Shown: positions 19,958-30,075 of the stretch, piece after piece
Layout of the letters: each line of letters starts with the position of its first letter
Position numbering within the stretch: position 1 is the stretch's first letter
Assembly: GCA_026391835.1 (NCBI GenBank)
Contig: JAPLDF010000067.1
Location: 48,120-112,119, forward strand
Source of the DNA: Bacteroidota bacterium
GTDB lineage: Bacteria > Bacteroidota > Bacteroidia > Bacteroidales > FEN-979
Direction of reading: 5' to 3'
DNA: 64,000 bases
Notes under the pieces: generated by a model
What the model was told of the DNA's origin: nothing
Database searches by the model: none
What the model saw: the letters and a program-made list of their open reading frames with translations, nothing else
Translations under genes and position numbers: made by a program

Positions 19958-21622
19958 ATGAAATCAAATTTGAACCGCATCCTGTGTTTTTTTATTCTGA
20001 TGGTGGGTATTCTGCCCCTGGAACTTTCAGCGCAAATCAGTATTGGTGGCGTCCCGTCCAGTTTTTCCCAGGCCATTGCCCCCGATACGAGCCAGGTTGT
20101 TATCACTCCGTCTGCATCAATTGATGCATTGGCCATGGAGGATCAACAATCGCCGCTGCCTTATCGTTTTGCGGTGAACCTGCCTGTCAATCTTGGAATA
20201 AGCACATCAGGGCACTGGTTTACTGCTGCCAATGGTAACAAGGGCTGGCGGCTCAATATTTCATCACCCGGCGCCCTTGCCCTGGTCCTCTACTTCGACA
20301 AGTTTGACATTCCTGAAGGTGCACGGGTTTTTGTGTACAATCCCAAACGGACACAACTGCTTGGTGCCTTTACTTCCCTGAATAACAATCGCCTGTCAAC
20401 GTTTGCAACGGCCCTGATCTATGGTGATGCCCTCACCCTTGAATACGATGCACCGGAAGATCTGCCGTTGCCTCAACTCCATATTTCAGAGGTAGGCCAT
20501 GCTTATCGCGGGGTTTCAGACTATTCCGGGTTGAAAAATGGTTTTGGCGGAGCGGGCTCCTGTGAAGTGAATGTCAATTGCAGCGAAGGCGCAAGCTGGC
20601 AGAATGAAAAGCGGGGCGTGGCGCGCATCATGGTAAAGCGCGGAGGAAGCAGTGTCTGGTGTACCGGATCGCTTGTGAATAACGTGCGGAACGATGGAAA
20701 ACCCTATTTACTTACCGCTGACCATTGTGGAAACCAGTCCACACCGACTGAATTAAGCCAGTGGGTTTTTTATTTCAATTACGAGGGCCCCGGCTGCACG
20801 AACCCAACAACTGAACCTCCTTTGAAGTCGGTAACCGGCGCAACAATGATCGCACACGGAGGCAATTCAGGGGCTTCGGGATCTGATTTTTTCCTGGTTT
20901 TGCTGCAATCGGCCATACCTGCATCCTACAATGTTTATTTCAACGGCTGGAGCCGCGATACAAGTCCCCCGAGTCCGTCGGGAACCTGCATCCACCAACC
21001 TTCCGGCGATATCAAAAAAATTTCAACCTACACGGCCCCCCTGCAGCAATCCATATGGATAAACGGTTCCAAACTTGCCCACTGGAAAGTAAGATGGGTG
21101 CAAACCGATCATGGCCACGGTACAACTGAAGGCGGTTCGTCAGGTTCACCCCTGTTCGACAACCTTGGCAGGCTGGTCGGGACACTCACAGGTGGTGACT
21201 CCAAATGCGATTCAGCCTCCCTGAATTTACCCGACTGGTATGGCATGTTCTCCTATTCCTGGGATCAGAATGGTACCGATTCCACCGAAGTGCTGAAATA
21301 CTGGCTGGATCCTGACAACACTGGCGTTATGACCCTGAATGGCTGGACTGTTTCGGTGCCGGAACCGCTAAATGATTCGCAGATCACCATTTTCCCAAAC
21401 CCGGTGACAGATCAGTTGAATTTGAAATATTCAGTTGCCGGTGCAAAAAATTGCCAGGTGACAATCCAAGATGTTTTTGGGAACCTGCGCATGAAATCCG
21501 ACTGGGATACCGGTGCCGGTCCTGAAAAGCAGGTTGATGTGTCCGGATTCCCTTCAGGGATGTACTTTGTCAGGATATCTGACGGCAATTACCAGCTGGT
21601 TCGGAAGTTTGTCAAAAAATAG
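19958..21622 (+). CDS. T9SS-secreted trypsin-like (lysyl endopeptidase/PepK-like) serine protease
   Basis: CTGSLVN, LTADHC, SDFFL, TEGGSSGSPLF triad motifs; CTD IFPNPVTD...SGMYFVRI. Confidence 0.9.
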   Translation: MKSNLNRILCFFILMVGILPLELSAQISIGGVPSSFSQAIAPDTSQVVITPSASIDALAMEDQQSPLPYRFAVNLPVNLGISTSGHWFTAANGNKGWRLNISSPGALALVLYFDKFDIPEGARVFVYNPKRTQLLGAFTSLNNNRLSTFATALIYGDALTLEYDAPEDLPLPQLHISEVGHAYRGVSDYSGLKNGFGGAGSCEVNVNCSEGASWQNEKRGVARIMVKRGGSSVWCTGSLVNNVRNDGKPYLLTADHCGNQSTPTELSQWVFYFNYEGPGCTNPTTEPPLKSVTGATMIAHGGNSGASGSDFFLVLLQSAIPASYNVYFNGWSRDTSPPSPSGTCIHQPSGDIKKISTYTAPLQQSIWINGSKLAHWKVRWVQTDHGHGTTEGGSSGSPLFDNLGRLVGTLTGGDSKCDSASLNLPDWYGMFSYSWDQNGTDSTEVLKYWLDPDNTGVMTLNGWTVSVPEPLNDSQITIFPNPVTDQLNLKYSVAGAKNCQVTIQDVFGNLRMKSDWDTGAGPEKQVDVSGFPSGMYFVRISDGNYQLVRKFVKK

Positions 21623-21680
21623 CAGGGAAACCAGATTTGGTGTATTGCGAAAGCAGTCAATTATTGTAGAAGAAAACAGG

Positions 21681-22796
21681 ATGGAGAAACAAATTATACA
21701 GATTGCCCTAGGTAATGTTGTCATTTCGGATATTTTATCAGGGATCGCCCAGAAAGTGGTTCGTGGCGAAAGGGTTTTACCTGCCGAAGGTCTGTTACTT
21801 TTTGAGCAGGGTGACCTGGGTTTTCTGGGAAAACTCGCTGATCTGGTGCGTGTAAGAAAAAACGGTAACAATGCGTACTTTATCCGGAATTTTCACATAG
21901 AACCAACCAATATCTGCATCAATAAATGCAAATTTTGTTCCTACTCGCACCATTTCAGCAAAACCAGCTGGGAGCTTACGGTTGATGAGATCCTGGAAAA
22001 AGTTTGTGCACAGGAAACAAATGTATCGGAATTGCACATTACCGGGGCGGTTCACCCCGACCGGGATATATACTATTATGGCGAATTGCTGGCAAAGATC
22101 AGGACAGCGCGGCCCCACCTGCATGTAAAAGCTTATTCGGCAGTTGAACTTGACTATATGATTAAGAAAGCCGGCCTGGGCGTCAGTGAAGGCCTGGCTT
22201 ACCTTAAATCCTGCGGCCTCGATTCAATACCGGGCGGAGGGGCTGAAATCTTTGATGAAACCCTGCGCAGGGATATCTGCGGCATGAAATCGACAGCCGC
22301 CGCATGGCTTGAGATCCACGAAGAGGCGCATCGCCTCGGGATCCCATCCAATGCGACCATGCTGTATGGACACAAGGAGAATTATGCACAAAGGATTGAC
22401 CACCTTGAAAGGTTACGACAGGTCCAGGACCGCACCGGGGGATTCAATGCCTTTATCCCGCTGAAGTTCCGCAACAGCAACAATGAAATGTCGGATGTCA
22501 GGGAAGTTTCGGTTACGGAGGACATGAAAATGTACGCCATATCCCGGATCTATCTTGACAATTTTTCGCACCTGAAAGCCTATTGGCCCGCAGTTGGCAG
22601 AAAACTTGCCCAGGTGTCGCTCTCATTCGGTGTTGACGACCTTGATGGCACCATCAATGACTCCACCAGGATTTATTCACTTGCAGGGGCCGAAGACCAG
22701 AACCCGGTAATGAGTGTATCCCAGATGATTGCCATGATCACCGAATCCAACCGTACACCGGTGGAACGGGATTCATACTACAATCGGCGCGCTTAA
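21681..22796 (+). CDS. mqnE: Aminofutalosine synthase (radical SAM, CofH/MqnC-like family)
   Basis: PTNICINKCKFC, PGGGAEIF, ATMLYGH, FIPLKF, HLKAYW, FGVDDLDGT; start taken at MEKQII. Confidence 0.85.
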   Translation: MEKQIIQIALGNVVISDILSGIAQKVVRGERVLPAEGLLLFEQGDLGFLGKLADLVRVRKNGNNAYFIRNFHIEPTNICINKCKFCSYSHHFSKTSWELTVDEILEKVCAQETNVSELHITGAVHPDRDIYYYGELLAKIRTARPHLHVKAYSAVELDYMIKKAGLGVSEGLAYLKSCGLDSIPGGGAEIFDETLRRDICGMKSTAAAWLEIHEEAHRLGIPSNATMLYGHKENYAQRIDHLERLRQVQDRTGGFNAFIPLKFRNSNNEMSDVREVSVTEDMKMYAISRIYLDNFSHLKAYWPAVGRKLAQVSLSFGVDDLDGTINDSTRIYSLAGAEDQNPVMSVSQMIAMITESNRTPVERDSYYNRRA

Positions 22797-22802
22797 CCTC
22801 AA

Positions 22803-22837
22803 CTTTGCATTTTGATCCTGCATTTTGCATCTTGCAT
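22803..22837. repeat. Degenerate 7-bp array (TTTGCAT-like x5)
   Basis: tttgcat tttgatc ctgcat tttgcat cttgcat between mqnE and thiF. Confidence 0.6.
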
Positions 22838-22855
22838 TTATAGAACTACCGCCCA

Positions 22856-23452
22856 ATGACCTTTGACCAACTATCAGCCATCCTCAAAACCAAAAAAGTG
22901 GGCATTGCCGGCTGCGGCGGATTGGGGTCCAATTGTGCTGTCGCCCTTGCCAGGGTTGGTATAGGAACATTGGTTGTTGCTGATTTTGATGTGGTGGCCA
23001 GGAGCAACCTGAACCGGCAGTATTATTTCCTTGACCAGGTTGGCTTGAAAAAGGTGCTGGCGCTTGCAGCAAATATCCTGCGGATTGATCCGCAGGTCAA
23101 CCTCATCTGTCACGATACCAGGCTGACTAGCGAAAACATACCGTCCATCTTCGCAGGTTGTGACATAATTGTTGAAGCCTTCGACCTTGCCGGTCAGAAG
23201 GAGATGATCATTGAAACCATTCTTTCGGAGATGCCCTTAACCCCGCTTGTGGTCGGCCTGGGCATGGCCGGATGGGGCATGAATGATACCGTTCATTGCC
23301 GCAGGATTGATAACCTCTATATTTGCGGCGATGAAATTTCGGAAATCAGCCCCGACCTGCCGCCAATCGCCCCACGGGTTGGGATGGTAGCCAGTATGCA
23401 GGCGAATGTGGTGCTGGAGATATTATTAAATAGCGAAATGACTAAAATATGA
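22856..23452 (+). CDS. thiF: Sulfur-carrier protein adenylyltransferase (short ThiF)
   Basis: GCGGLGS, DFDVV..SNLNRQ, EAFD, PRVG. Confidence 0.88.
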   Translation: MTFDQLSAILKTKKVGIAGCGGLGSNCAVALARVGIGTLVVADFDVVARSNLNRQYYFLDQVGLKKVLALAANILRIDPQVNLICHDTRLTSENIPSIFAGCDIIVEAFDLAGQKEMIIETILSEMPLTPLVVGLGMAGWGMNDTVHCRRIDNLYICGDEISEISPDLPPIAPRVGMVASMQANVVLEILLNSEMTKI

Positions 23453-23652
23453 AAATCACCTTAAACAACAACGCCGAAGAATTTGCCGGGGAATCAATGA
23501 CAATCAGCGGGTTGTTGAAAGAAAAGAATTTTACGTTTAAAATGCTGGTCATCAAGATCAATGGCACCCTGGTTAAAAAGACCGCGTATGAAACTGCAAT
23601 GGTCCACGATGGCGACGAAGTCCACGTCCTCCATCTCATCTCCGGCGGCTAG
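23449..23652 (+). CDS. thiS: Sulfur carrier protein
   Basis: 67 aa, C-terminal GG, overlaps the thiF stop. Confidence 0.88.
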   Translation: MKITLNNNAEEFAGESMTISGLLKEKNFTFKMLVIKINGTLVKKTAYETAMVHDGDEVHVLHLISGG

Positions 23653-23671
23653 CCCTCCCTGTTATCCCTTA

Positions 23672-23748
23672 TTCGTCATTCATCATTCGTCACTCTCCAT
23701 TTGTCATTTGTCATTTGTCACTTGTCACTTGTCACTTGTCACTTGTCA
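23672..23748. repeat. 7-bp tandem array, 11 units (TTCGTCA-like > TTTGTCA x3 > CTTGTCA x4)
   Basis: Unbroken 7-nt register; the final TCA is the folC TGA stop. Confidence 0.95.
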
Positions 23749-25041
23749 AACCACCTCCGCCACCACAAAAGTACTCCCACCTATAAATACCAGGTCATTT
23801 TTCCCTGCTTCCAGTTGTGCCGCATCAAATGCTTCTTTTACAGATGGGTACGAAAACCCTTTCAACCCGGATGCCAGGGCAGCCTGCTGCAGGTCGGTTG
23901 CTTCCATCCCCCGGGGAATATCGGGTTTGCAGAAATAGTAGCGGGCGTTGCGCGGTAACATATTCAGAATTGGCGGAAGGTGCTTGTCATTTACCACCCC
24001 GAATACAAAGTGCAGCTGGTCGTGCGGTGTTGTGGCAATCTGCGCAAGGACTTCCTGCAACCCTCCTTCATTATGGCCTGTATCGCAGATGGTGAGTGGA
24101 TTTCTTCGCAGGATTTGCCACCGGCCGGCCAGGCCGGTATTTTTAATGACATCTTTGATGCCGTTCCTGATAATTGCGGGAGACAATCCAAAATCTTGTT
24201 TGTTGAGCTGCCGGCAAACACCCAGCACTGTCAGGATGTTTTTTCGCTGGTACAACCCGGCAAGCGGAGATATCAGTTGTGTCATGAATGGTTCCCCGTC
24301 GCATACAATATCCATCGAACGCCGGTTGCCAGGTTTTCCTGCGAGGTTGTAATTATCGGCACGGTAATGCTGGTCGGCAAAAAGGATCTCTGACTTGCAC
24401 AACTCGGCCATTTGTTCGAAAACAGGCACTGTGGCTTTCTGTGTTTCCCCGATCACAACAGGAACTCCCGGTTTGATAATGCCTGCTTTTTCGATGGCGA
24501 TTTTTTCCAGCGTATCCCCCAGGAATTGCATGTGATCAAAACTCACATTGGTGATTACCGACAGCAACGGGGTGATGATGTTGGTTGAATCAAGCCTGCC
24601 ACCCAGCCCGACTTCCACAATGGCTATTTCGGCCTGTTGCTCCCTGAAGTAGTCAAAAGCCATGCCCACGGTGAGTTCGAAAAAGGAGGGCTGGATGGAT
24701 TCAAACTGTTCCCGGTATTTTCGTACAAAGGACGTCACAAAGCCTTTGTGGATCATTTTGCCATTGACACGGATCCGTTCCCGAAAGTCTTTCAGATGGG
24801 GGGATGTGTAAAGCCCGGTGCGAAATCCCGCGGTTTGAAGGATGGAAGCCAGCATATGCGATACGGAACCTTTGCCGTTGGTTCCTGTGACATGGATTGA
24901 CCTGAATGAATTCTGCGGATTATTAAGCAATTCGCAAAGCTCAATGGTATTGTCGAGGTTTGCCTTGTAGGCCTGCACGCCTACCCGGTGATACATCGGG
25001 AGCTGGGAATACAGGTAATCAAGTGTTTGAGAATAATTCAT
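23746..25041 (-). CDS. folC: Folylpolyglutamate/dihydrofolate synthase
   Basis: HVTGTNGKGS, YTSPHL, EVGLGGRLDSTN, DTGHN; start MNYSQ. Confidence 0.95.
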   Translation of the reverse strand: MNYSQTLDYLYSQLPMYHRVGVQAYKANLDNTIELCELLNNPQNSFRSIHVTGTNGKGSVSHMLASILQTAGFRTGLYTSPHLKDFRERIRVNGKMIHKGFVTSFVRKYREQFESIQPSFFELTVGMAFDYFREQQAEIAIVEVGLGGRLDSTNIITPLLSVITNVSFDHMQFLGDTLEKIAIEKAGIIKPGVPVVIGETQKATVPVFEQMAELCKSEILFADQHYRADNYNLAGKPGNRRSMDIVCDGEPFMTQLISPLAGLYQRKNILTVLGVCRQLNKQDFGLSPAIIRNGIKDVIKNTGLAGRWQILRRNPLTICDTGHNEGGLQEVLAQIATTPHDQLHFVFGVVNDKHLPPILNMLPRNARYYFCKPDIPRGMEATDLQQAALASGLKGFSYPSVKEAFDAAQLEAGKNDLVFIGGSTFVVAEVV

Positions 25042-25111
25042 GTAAAAAAAACAAGGCAGGGATTCCAGCCCCAAAGGTAATACAAAAATGCCGGGAAAAG
25101 GTGTGAGCAGC

Positions 25112-26164
25112 TCAATAAATAGCCCCGCCTGACGAGTCCTTCGCCGCACCGGTAACGCTTTGCAGGCAGTTCACCTCATTGCGCCACCGCAATACTCCCA
25201 GGAACGCGAAAATCAAAGCCTCCTTGAAATTAATGGTAAGTGAATCAGGGATGATGATCTCCGGTACAGCGTGGTGACGGATCCTGCCGATAAGAAATTC
25301 GTTGAAAGCTCCGCCCCCGGTGATGAGCATTTTTGAACCGGTTTTTATTCCTGCGGCAGCGGCAACCTGTACCGAGATGTGTTCGCAAAATGTTGCCAGC
25401 AGGTCTTTGACCGGCAGCCCGCTCATTTTCAGCAACGGGGAGATGTGTTCAAGTACCCACTCCTTGCCGAGCGATTTTGGAAATGGCTGTTGATAGAACG
25501 GAAGGTGGTTGAGAGCATGGAGCAATTGTGGATCGATCGTCCCGCTTTCAGCCAGTATGCCGGCAGGATCATAGTCATAACCGGCCAGCGAAGCAAGCTG
25601 GTTCATAACGATGTTGGCAGGGCAAATGTCATATGCAATCCGCTTTCCCGATGCGTCGCAGGAAATGTTGGCAAATCCCCCGATATTCAGGCAAAAGTCG
25701 AATTCACTGAAAAGCAGCTTGTCGCCGATCGGTACAAGTGGTGCCCCCTGCCCGCCCAGGGCAACATCGTATGACCTGAAATCGCACACAACATGAAGCC
25801 CGGTTTCTGCGGCAATGGCGGAACCACGGCCGATCTGGCTTGTAATCCTGCTTCCCGGCTGGTGAAAGATGGTATGGCCGTGCGAGGCAATGAAATCAGC
25901 AGCGATATGGTTCCGTTCGATAAAACCCTTTGTAAGTTGCCCCAGCAAATGGCCGTATTCGATGTCGGCGGTTACAAAATCCAGCGCCGGTCCCGATTCA
26001 ATACCCGGTAACACCTTCTTCCATTGATCCGTGTATGGTATGGTCTCCGCACAGTGAATGGTATATTCCCAGTGGTTTCCCTCCCTGCTGAACTCGCAGA
26101 AAGCGATGTCAAGCCCGTCAAGACTGGTCCCCGACATTAATCCTATTACCTTGTATTTCAACAC
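25112..26164 (-). CDS. anmK: Anhydro-N-acetylmuramic acid kinase
   Basis: GLMSGTSLDG, SHGHT, GGQGAPLVP, NIGGFAN, KEALIFA. Confidence 0.95.
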   Translation of the reverse strand: MLKYKVIGLMSGTSLDGLDIAFCEFSREGNHWEYTIHCAETIPYTDQWKKVLPGIESGPALDFVTADIEYGHLLGQLTKGFIERNHIAADFIASHGHTIFHQPGSRITSQIGRGSAIAAETGLHVVCDFRSYDVALGGQGAPLVPIGDKLLFSEFDFCLNIGGFANISCDASGKRIAYDICPANIVMNQLASLAGYDYDPAGILAESGTIDPQLLHALNHLPFYQQPFPKSLGKEWVLEHISPLLKMSGLPVKDLLATFCEHISVQVAAAAGIKTGSKMLITGGGAFNEFLIGRIRHHAVPEIIIPDSLTINFKEALIFAFLGVLRWRNEVNCLQSVTGAAKDSSGGAIY

Positions 26165-26185
26165 GGATGATGGTTAATAAAATAT

Positions 26186-27481
26186 CTAAAGTACATTGAC
26201 AAGGCTTTCAAGTTTTATCCCCCGTGATCCTTTTATCAGTATCGTGGCGTTTTCCAGCTTATGATGTTCCAGCCACAGGCCGGCAAGGCTGCTGTCCTGG
26301 AAACAGATGTTCTCACGTTTCGTATTCAGACGGGTAAAAACGGGTCCGACCAGGAAAACCTGTTTAAAAAGAATTTTATCGAGCCATTCAAGAATGAGCA
26401 GGTGCTCCTGGTCCGCATCGGTGCCAAGTTCAAGCATGTCGCCGAGAATGACAATTTTTTCAGGGTAAGCTGATGCTGCAAAGGATTCGATTGCTGCCTT
26501 CATGCTGCTTGGATTTGCATTGTAGGCATCAAGAATGACCAGGTTGTGGACTGTTTTTGTGATTTGCGAACGGTTGTTGCCGGGTTGGTACGCTTCGATG
26601 GCCGCTTTTATCAACTCCGGCGCGACATGGAAATGCTGCCCGATACATGCAGCGGCAAGGATGTTTCCTGCATTGTACCTGCCGTAGAGTTTCGATTCAA
26701 TGCTGAGTGCGACACCATCATGGAGCTGAAGGTCCATTGTCACAAAGGGGTCAGCGGTAATGCTGGTTGCAGCAACATCGGCCGGCAAACGGCCATAGGT
26801 GACCTGCCGCAGGCCGGTGGCATGCTCCCGAAGTATTTCATCTTCATTGTTTAAAAAAACCTCCCCTTCATGTTCCCGGATGAAATGATATAGTTCGGTC
26901 TTGGTTCTCACAACACCTTCAAAGCTGCCAAACCCTTCAAGATGAGCCTTGCCGACGTTGGTGATAAGCCCGCAGGTGGGCAAGGCGATGTTGCAGAGGA
27001 AATCGATTTCGCCGGGGTGGTTTGCGCCCATCTCAACAATGGCAATTTCGGTTTCGGCAGTGAGGTTGAGCAGGGTAAGCGGCACCCCGATGTGATTGTT
27101 TAAATTGCCCCGGGTAGCGAGTGTCCTGTATTTTTTAGAAAGTACGCCATTGATGAGTTCCTTTGTTGTGGTTTTGCCATTTGTTCCGGTTACCGCAATC
27201 ACGGGGATGTCGAACTGCATGCGGTGGAACCGCGACAAGGCCTGCAGGGTTGCAAGCGCATCATCGACCAGGATGCAGGACTTGCCCGGGGCATACCGGG
27301 GCTCGTCAACTATGGCATACGCGGCACCTGATTCAAGGGCCAGGGCTGCATATTCGTTGCCGTTGAACGATTCTCCGCGCAAGGCGAAAAATATTGAACC
27401 GGGCCTTACCTGGCGGCTGTCGGTCGACACAAAGGGGTGTGCCTGGAAAATGGGATAAATTTCGTTGATCTTGTCATCCAT
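26186..27481 (-). CDS. murF: UDP-MurNAc-tripeptide--D-Ala-D-Ala ligase
   Basis: TDSR, TGTNGKTTTKE, GNLNNHIGVP, DAYNANP, KGSRG. Confidence 0.95.
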   Translation of the reverse strand: MDDKINEIYPIFQAHPFVSTDSRQVRPGSIFFALRGESFNGNEYAALALESGAAYAIVDEPRYAPGKSCILVDDALATLQALSRFHRMQFDIPVIAVTGTNGKTTTKELINGVLSKKYRTLATRGNLNNHIGVPLTLLNLTAETEIAIVEMGANHPGEIDFLCNIALPTCGLITNVGKAHLEGFGSFEGVVRTKTELYHFIREHEGEVFLNNEDEILREHATGLRQVTYGRLPADVAATSITADPFVTMDLQLHDGVALSIESKLYGRYNAGNILAAACIGQHFHVAPELIKAAIEAYQPGNNRSQITKTVHNLVILDAYNANPSSMKAAIESFAASAYPEKIVILGDMLELGTDADQEHLLILEWLDKILFKQVFLVGPVFTRLNTKRENICFQDSSLAGLWLEHHKLENATILIKGSRGIKLESLVNVL

Positions 27482-27485
27482 ATAA

Positions 27486-27518
27486 ATAAAACCCCGTCTC
27501 CTTTCCGAAACGGGGTTT
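27486..27518 (-). terminator. Intrinsic terminator after gldJ
   Basis: AAACCCCGT...ACGGGGTTT hairpin with A/T-rich flanks. Confidence 0.65.
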
Positions 27519-27545
27519 AATTTTGTTAACGCGTAAGTACTTTAA

Positions 27546-29021
27546 TTATCTTCCGGCAATGGAGCCACCAACGCGGGTCATGGCGCAGCGGAACCCGATG
27601 GCGTCAGAAGCTTCGCTTTCATCAAGGTAACGGCGGGTACCCGGGCTCATGTAAAACGCCTGGTCCCTCCAGCTTCCTCCCTTGTATACGCGGGCATGAT
27701 CGGTGATCAGTGAACTCACACCATACTGGTACATCTGGTTGGTTGAGCTGCTGTCTTTGGCGCCCTCTTTCCATGCTGCGTTGTCAATGCTTGAAGCGTA
27801 ATCACCATCAAGATAATTGATGTTGTCGGCCTGACGGTAATTTTTTCGGTTCATCGCCTCAGCAGTGGTGATGTCGCGGTATTTCAGGTGTCCGAGGCTG
27901 TCTTTTTCAGCGAGGAAGCCTTCGGCATCACGAACCGGTGTCTTAAATACATTGCCACGGAACGGGCGAAGATCAGAAACTTCGTACGAGTTCAGCGGGC
28001 GGTAAACATCAAGTACCCATTCGCTTACATTACCTGCCATGTTGTAAAGGCCGTAATCGTTCGGGAAGTATGATCCGCAGGCTGCAGGAATGTCGGCACC
28101 ATCATTCAGGTTGCCGGCAACACCCATGTAGTCACCTTTTCCACGTTTGAAGTTATCCATGAAGGTGCCGTAATTTCTCGGCTCATTGGTACGTACATAG
28201 TTGCCGTTCCAGGGATAGTTCTTACGTTCAACAACTCTTTCATAAAGGGTATTCCCGATGAGTCCGAGCGCGGCATATTCCCATTCGGCTTCCGTCGGCA
28301 GCCGGTATTTTGGCAGAAGGATGCCATCTTCCATTTTTACTTTTCTTGTGCCTGTTCCGTTTGGGTTTAAATCGGGCAGCTGCTTGTCGGGAAGTCCTTC
28401 GTACTGGCCGGCAAGATATGCTTCGGTGTTAAAGTTGTTTTCATTCTTCTGGGCAGGATCCATGGTAAGGATACCCCGCTGGATGAGCAGCATTTCGTTC
28501 ACACGGTCGGTTCTCCACTGGCAGTAATCATTGGCCTGTACCCATGAAACACCTACAACCGGGTAGTTGCGGTATGCGGGATGACGGAAGTAATACTCCA
28601 GGAGGGGCTCGTTGTAAGCCAGTTTCTGACGCCAAACCAGTGAGTCGGGAAGCGCTTTGCGGTATACACCGGGATAGTCAGTTGCATACACACGGTTGAG
28701 CCAGTAAAGGTATTCGAGATAATCGAGGTTGCTCACCTCGGTTTCATCCATGTAAAAACTGGCAACAGTAACCCTGCGGGGACTGTTGTTCCATTCAAAC
28801 ATAACGTCGTCCTGGGTGTTTCCCATGGTGAATGTTCCGCCTTCAACGAACACCAGCCCCGGTCCGGTTTGCTGATCTGCAAACTGGGGTTTTTCAAATC
28901 CCCCGTTTTTGGGATTGTTATATTCCCAGCCGGTAGAACGTGATGCTTCTTTCTTACAGCCAGCAATCATGAAAATGGCCGCCGCGATGGCACTTACCTG
29001 AAAAATTCTGTTAATTCTCAT
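27546..29021 (-). CDS. gldJ: Gliding motility lipoprotein GldJ (FGE-sulfatase-like fold)
   Basis: Lipobox IAGC; SRSTGW, GLVFVEGGTFTMG..QDDVM, YRLPTEAEWEYAA, GFRCAM; located between murF and porU. Confidence 0.85.
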   Translation of the reverse strand: MRINRIFQVSAIAAAIFMIAGCKKEASRSTGWEYNNPKNGGFEKPQFADQQTGPGLVFVEGGTFTMGNTQDDVMFEWNNSPRRVTVASFYMDETEVSNLDYLEYLYWLNRVYATDYPGVYRKALPDSLVWRQKLAYNEPLLEYYFRHPAYRNYPVVGVSWVQANDYCQWRTDRVNEMLLIQRGILTMDPAQKNENNFNTEAYLAGQYEGLPDKQLPDLNPNGTGTRKVKMEDGILLPKYRLPTEAEWEYAALGLIGNTLYERVVERKNYPWNGNYVRTNEPRNYGTFMDNFKRGKGDYMGVAGNLNDGADIPAACGSYFPNDYGLYNMAGNVSEWVLDVYRPLNSYEVSDLRPFRGNVFKTPVRDAEGFLAEKDSLGHLKYRDITTAEAMNRKNYRQADNINYLDGDYASSIDNAAWKEGAKDSSSTNQMYQYGVSSLITDHARVYKGGSWRDQAFYMSPGTRRYLDESEASDAIGFRCAMTRVGGSIAGR

Positions 29022-29082
29022 CCGTTGAAAATTTTTGCAAACCTACGTGAATTACTCAAATTAAGCAAATATTAATACATAA

Positions 29083-30075
29083 CTAAAACCTCGGGCATTT
29101 TATTGCCCTGATATGTCTTCTTTTTTCGATACAGGGGAACTGCCAGGAAGCTGATACTTCATGAGCCCCGCCTGATGCGCTTCTTAGCTTGCTGATTGTA
29201 AAATCATAGCTGTAGCCGATGCGCAGGTTTTTGTAGTGAAGCCCTAACATCGGAATGATTGCATCCGCGTTTTCAAAATTGTGGCGGAACCAGACCCCCC
29301 CGATGAACGGGTCAACCGTGAGGTACATCCCGATGTTCAACTGGTGGAATTTGAACTGCTGCTGGTATAAAATATTGGGTGAAAGTGAAAATTCCCTGTC
29401 TTCACTGGCACTCCCGTTTTTATGGAGGTTGATCACCGACCCGGCCTGCACGGTATATTTCATATACAGTTTCGTTACATTGTCGGCGTAAAACCCTATT
29501 TTCGGTTGCGTCAGGTGGTCAACTGCTATGCCGCCATAAACGAGATCGTCATAAGCGAGAAATATCCCGGTCGAGAAATCCGGCACCCCAACACTGAGGT
29601 TGTCAGGATATTTTTCGGCAGTGGGAAGGATAAAACCCCCGATGGGATCGATCATGTCTTCGAACTGCAGTTTATCCCATACGAGACGGCGCTGGTAATA
29701 GCCAACTTTGAGCGCCCCGCTGGCCTGGAGATGTTCGCTCAGGTTGAATTTATAGGCGTACATCAAACTGATTGCAGTGGTATTCAAACTCCCGCTGCCG
29801 GCACGGTCTGCCGTAATCAGCACCCCAAGCCCGCCATGAAGGAAATTGACATACTGGTCGTAGGAAATGTTATAGGTAACGAACGCTTTGCCGATCCCCG
29901 GCCACTGGTTGCGGTAGTTGGCATTGGTCTTCGGACAAACGGTAACCCCGGCAAGTGCAGGGTTCAGGTACAGGGGGTTTGAATAGAATTGAGAAAACTC
30001 AGGATCCTGAGCAAACAATTCCCCGATAAAAAACGGAATAGAAAGCAATACGATAACCGCAAATCGTTTGATCAT
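29083..30075 (-). CDS. PorP/SprF family T9SS outer-membrane barrel
   Basis: QDPEFSQFYSNPLYLNPALAG, YRNQW, GYSYD, GAHEVS. Confidence 0.92.
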   Translation of the reverse strand: MIKRFAVIVLLSIPFFIGELFAQDPEFSQFYSNPLYLNPALAGVTVCPKTNANYRNQWPGIGKAFVTYNISYDQYVNFLHGGLGVLITADRAGSGSLNTTAISLMYAYKFNLSEHLQASGALKVGYYQRRLVWDKLQFEDMIDPIGGFILPTAEKYPDNLSVGVPDFSTGIFLAYDDLVYGGIAVDHLTQPKIGFYADNVTKLYMKYTVQAGSVINLHKNGSASEDREFSLSPNILYQQQFKFHQLNIGMYLTVDPFIGGVWFRHNFENADAIIPMLGLHYKNLRIGYSYDFTISKLRSASGGAHEVSASWQFPCIEKRRHIRAIKCPRF

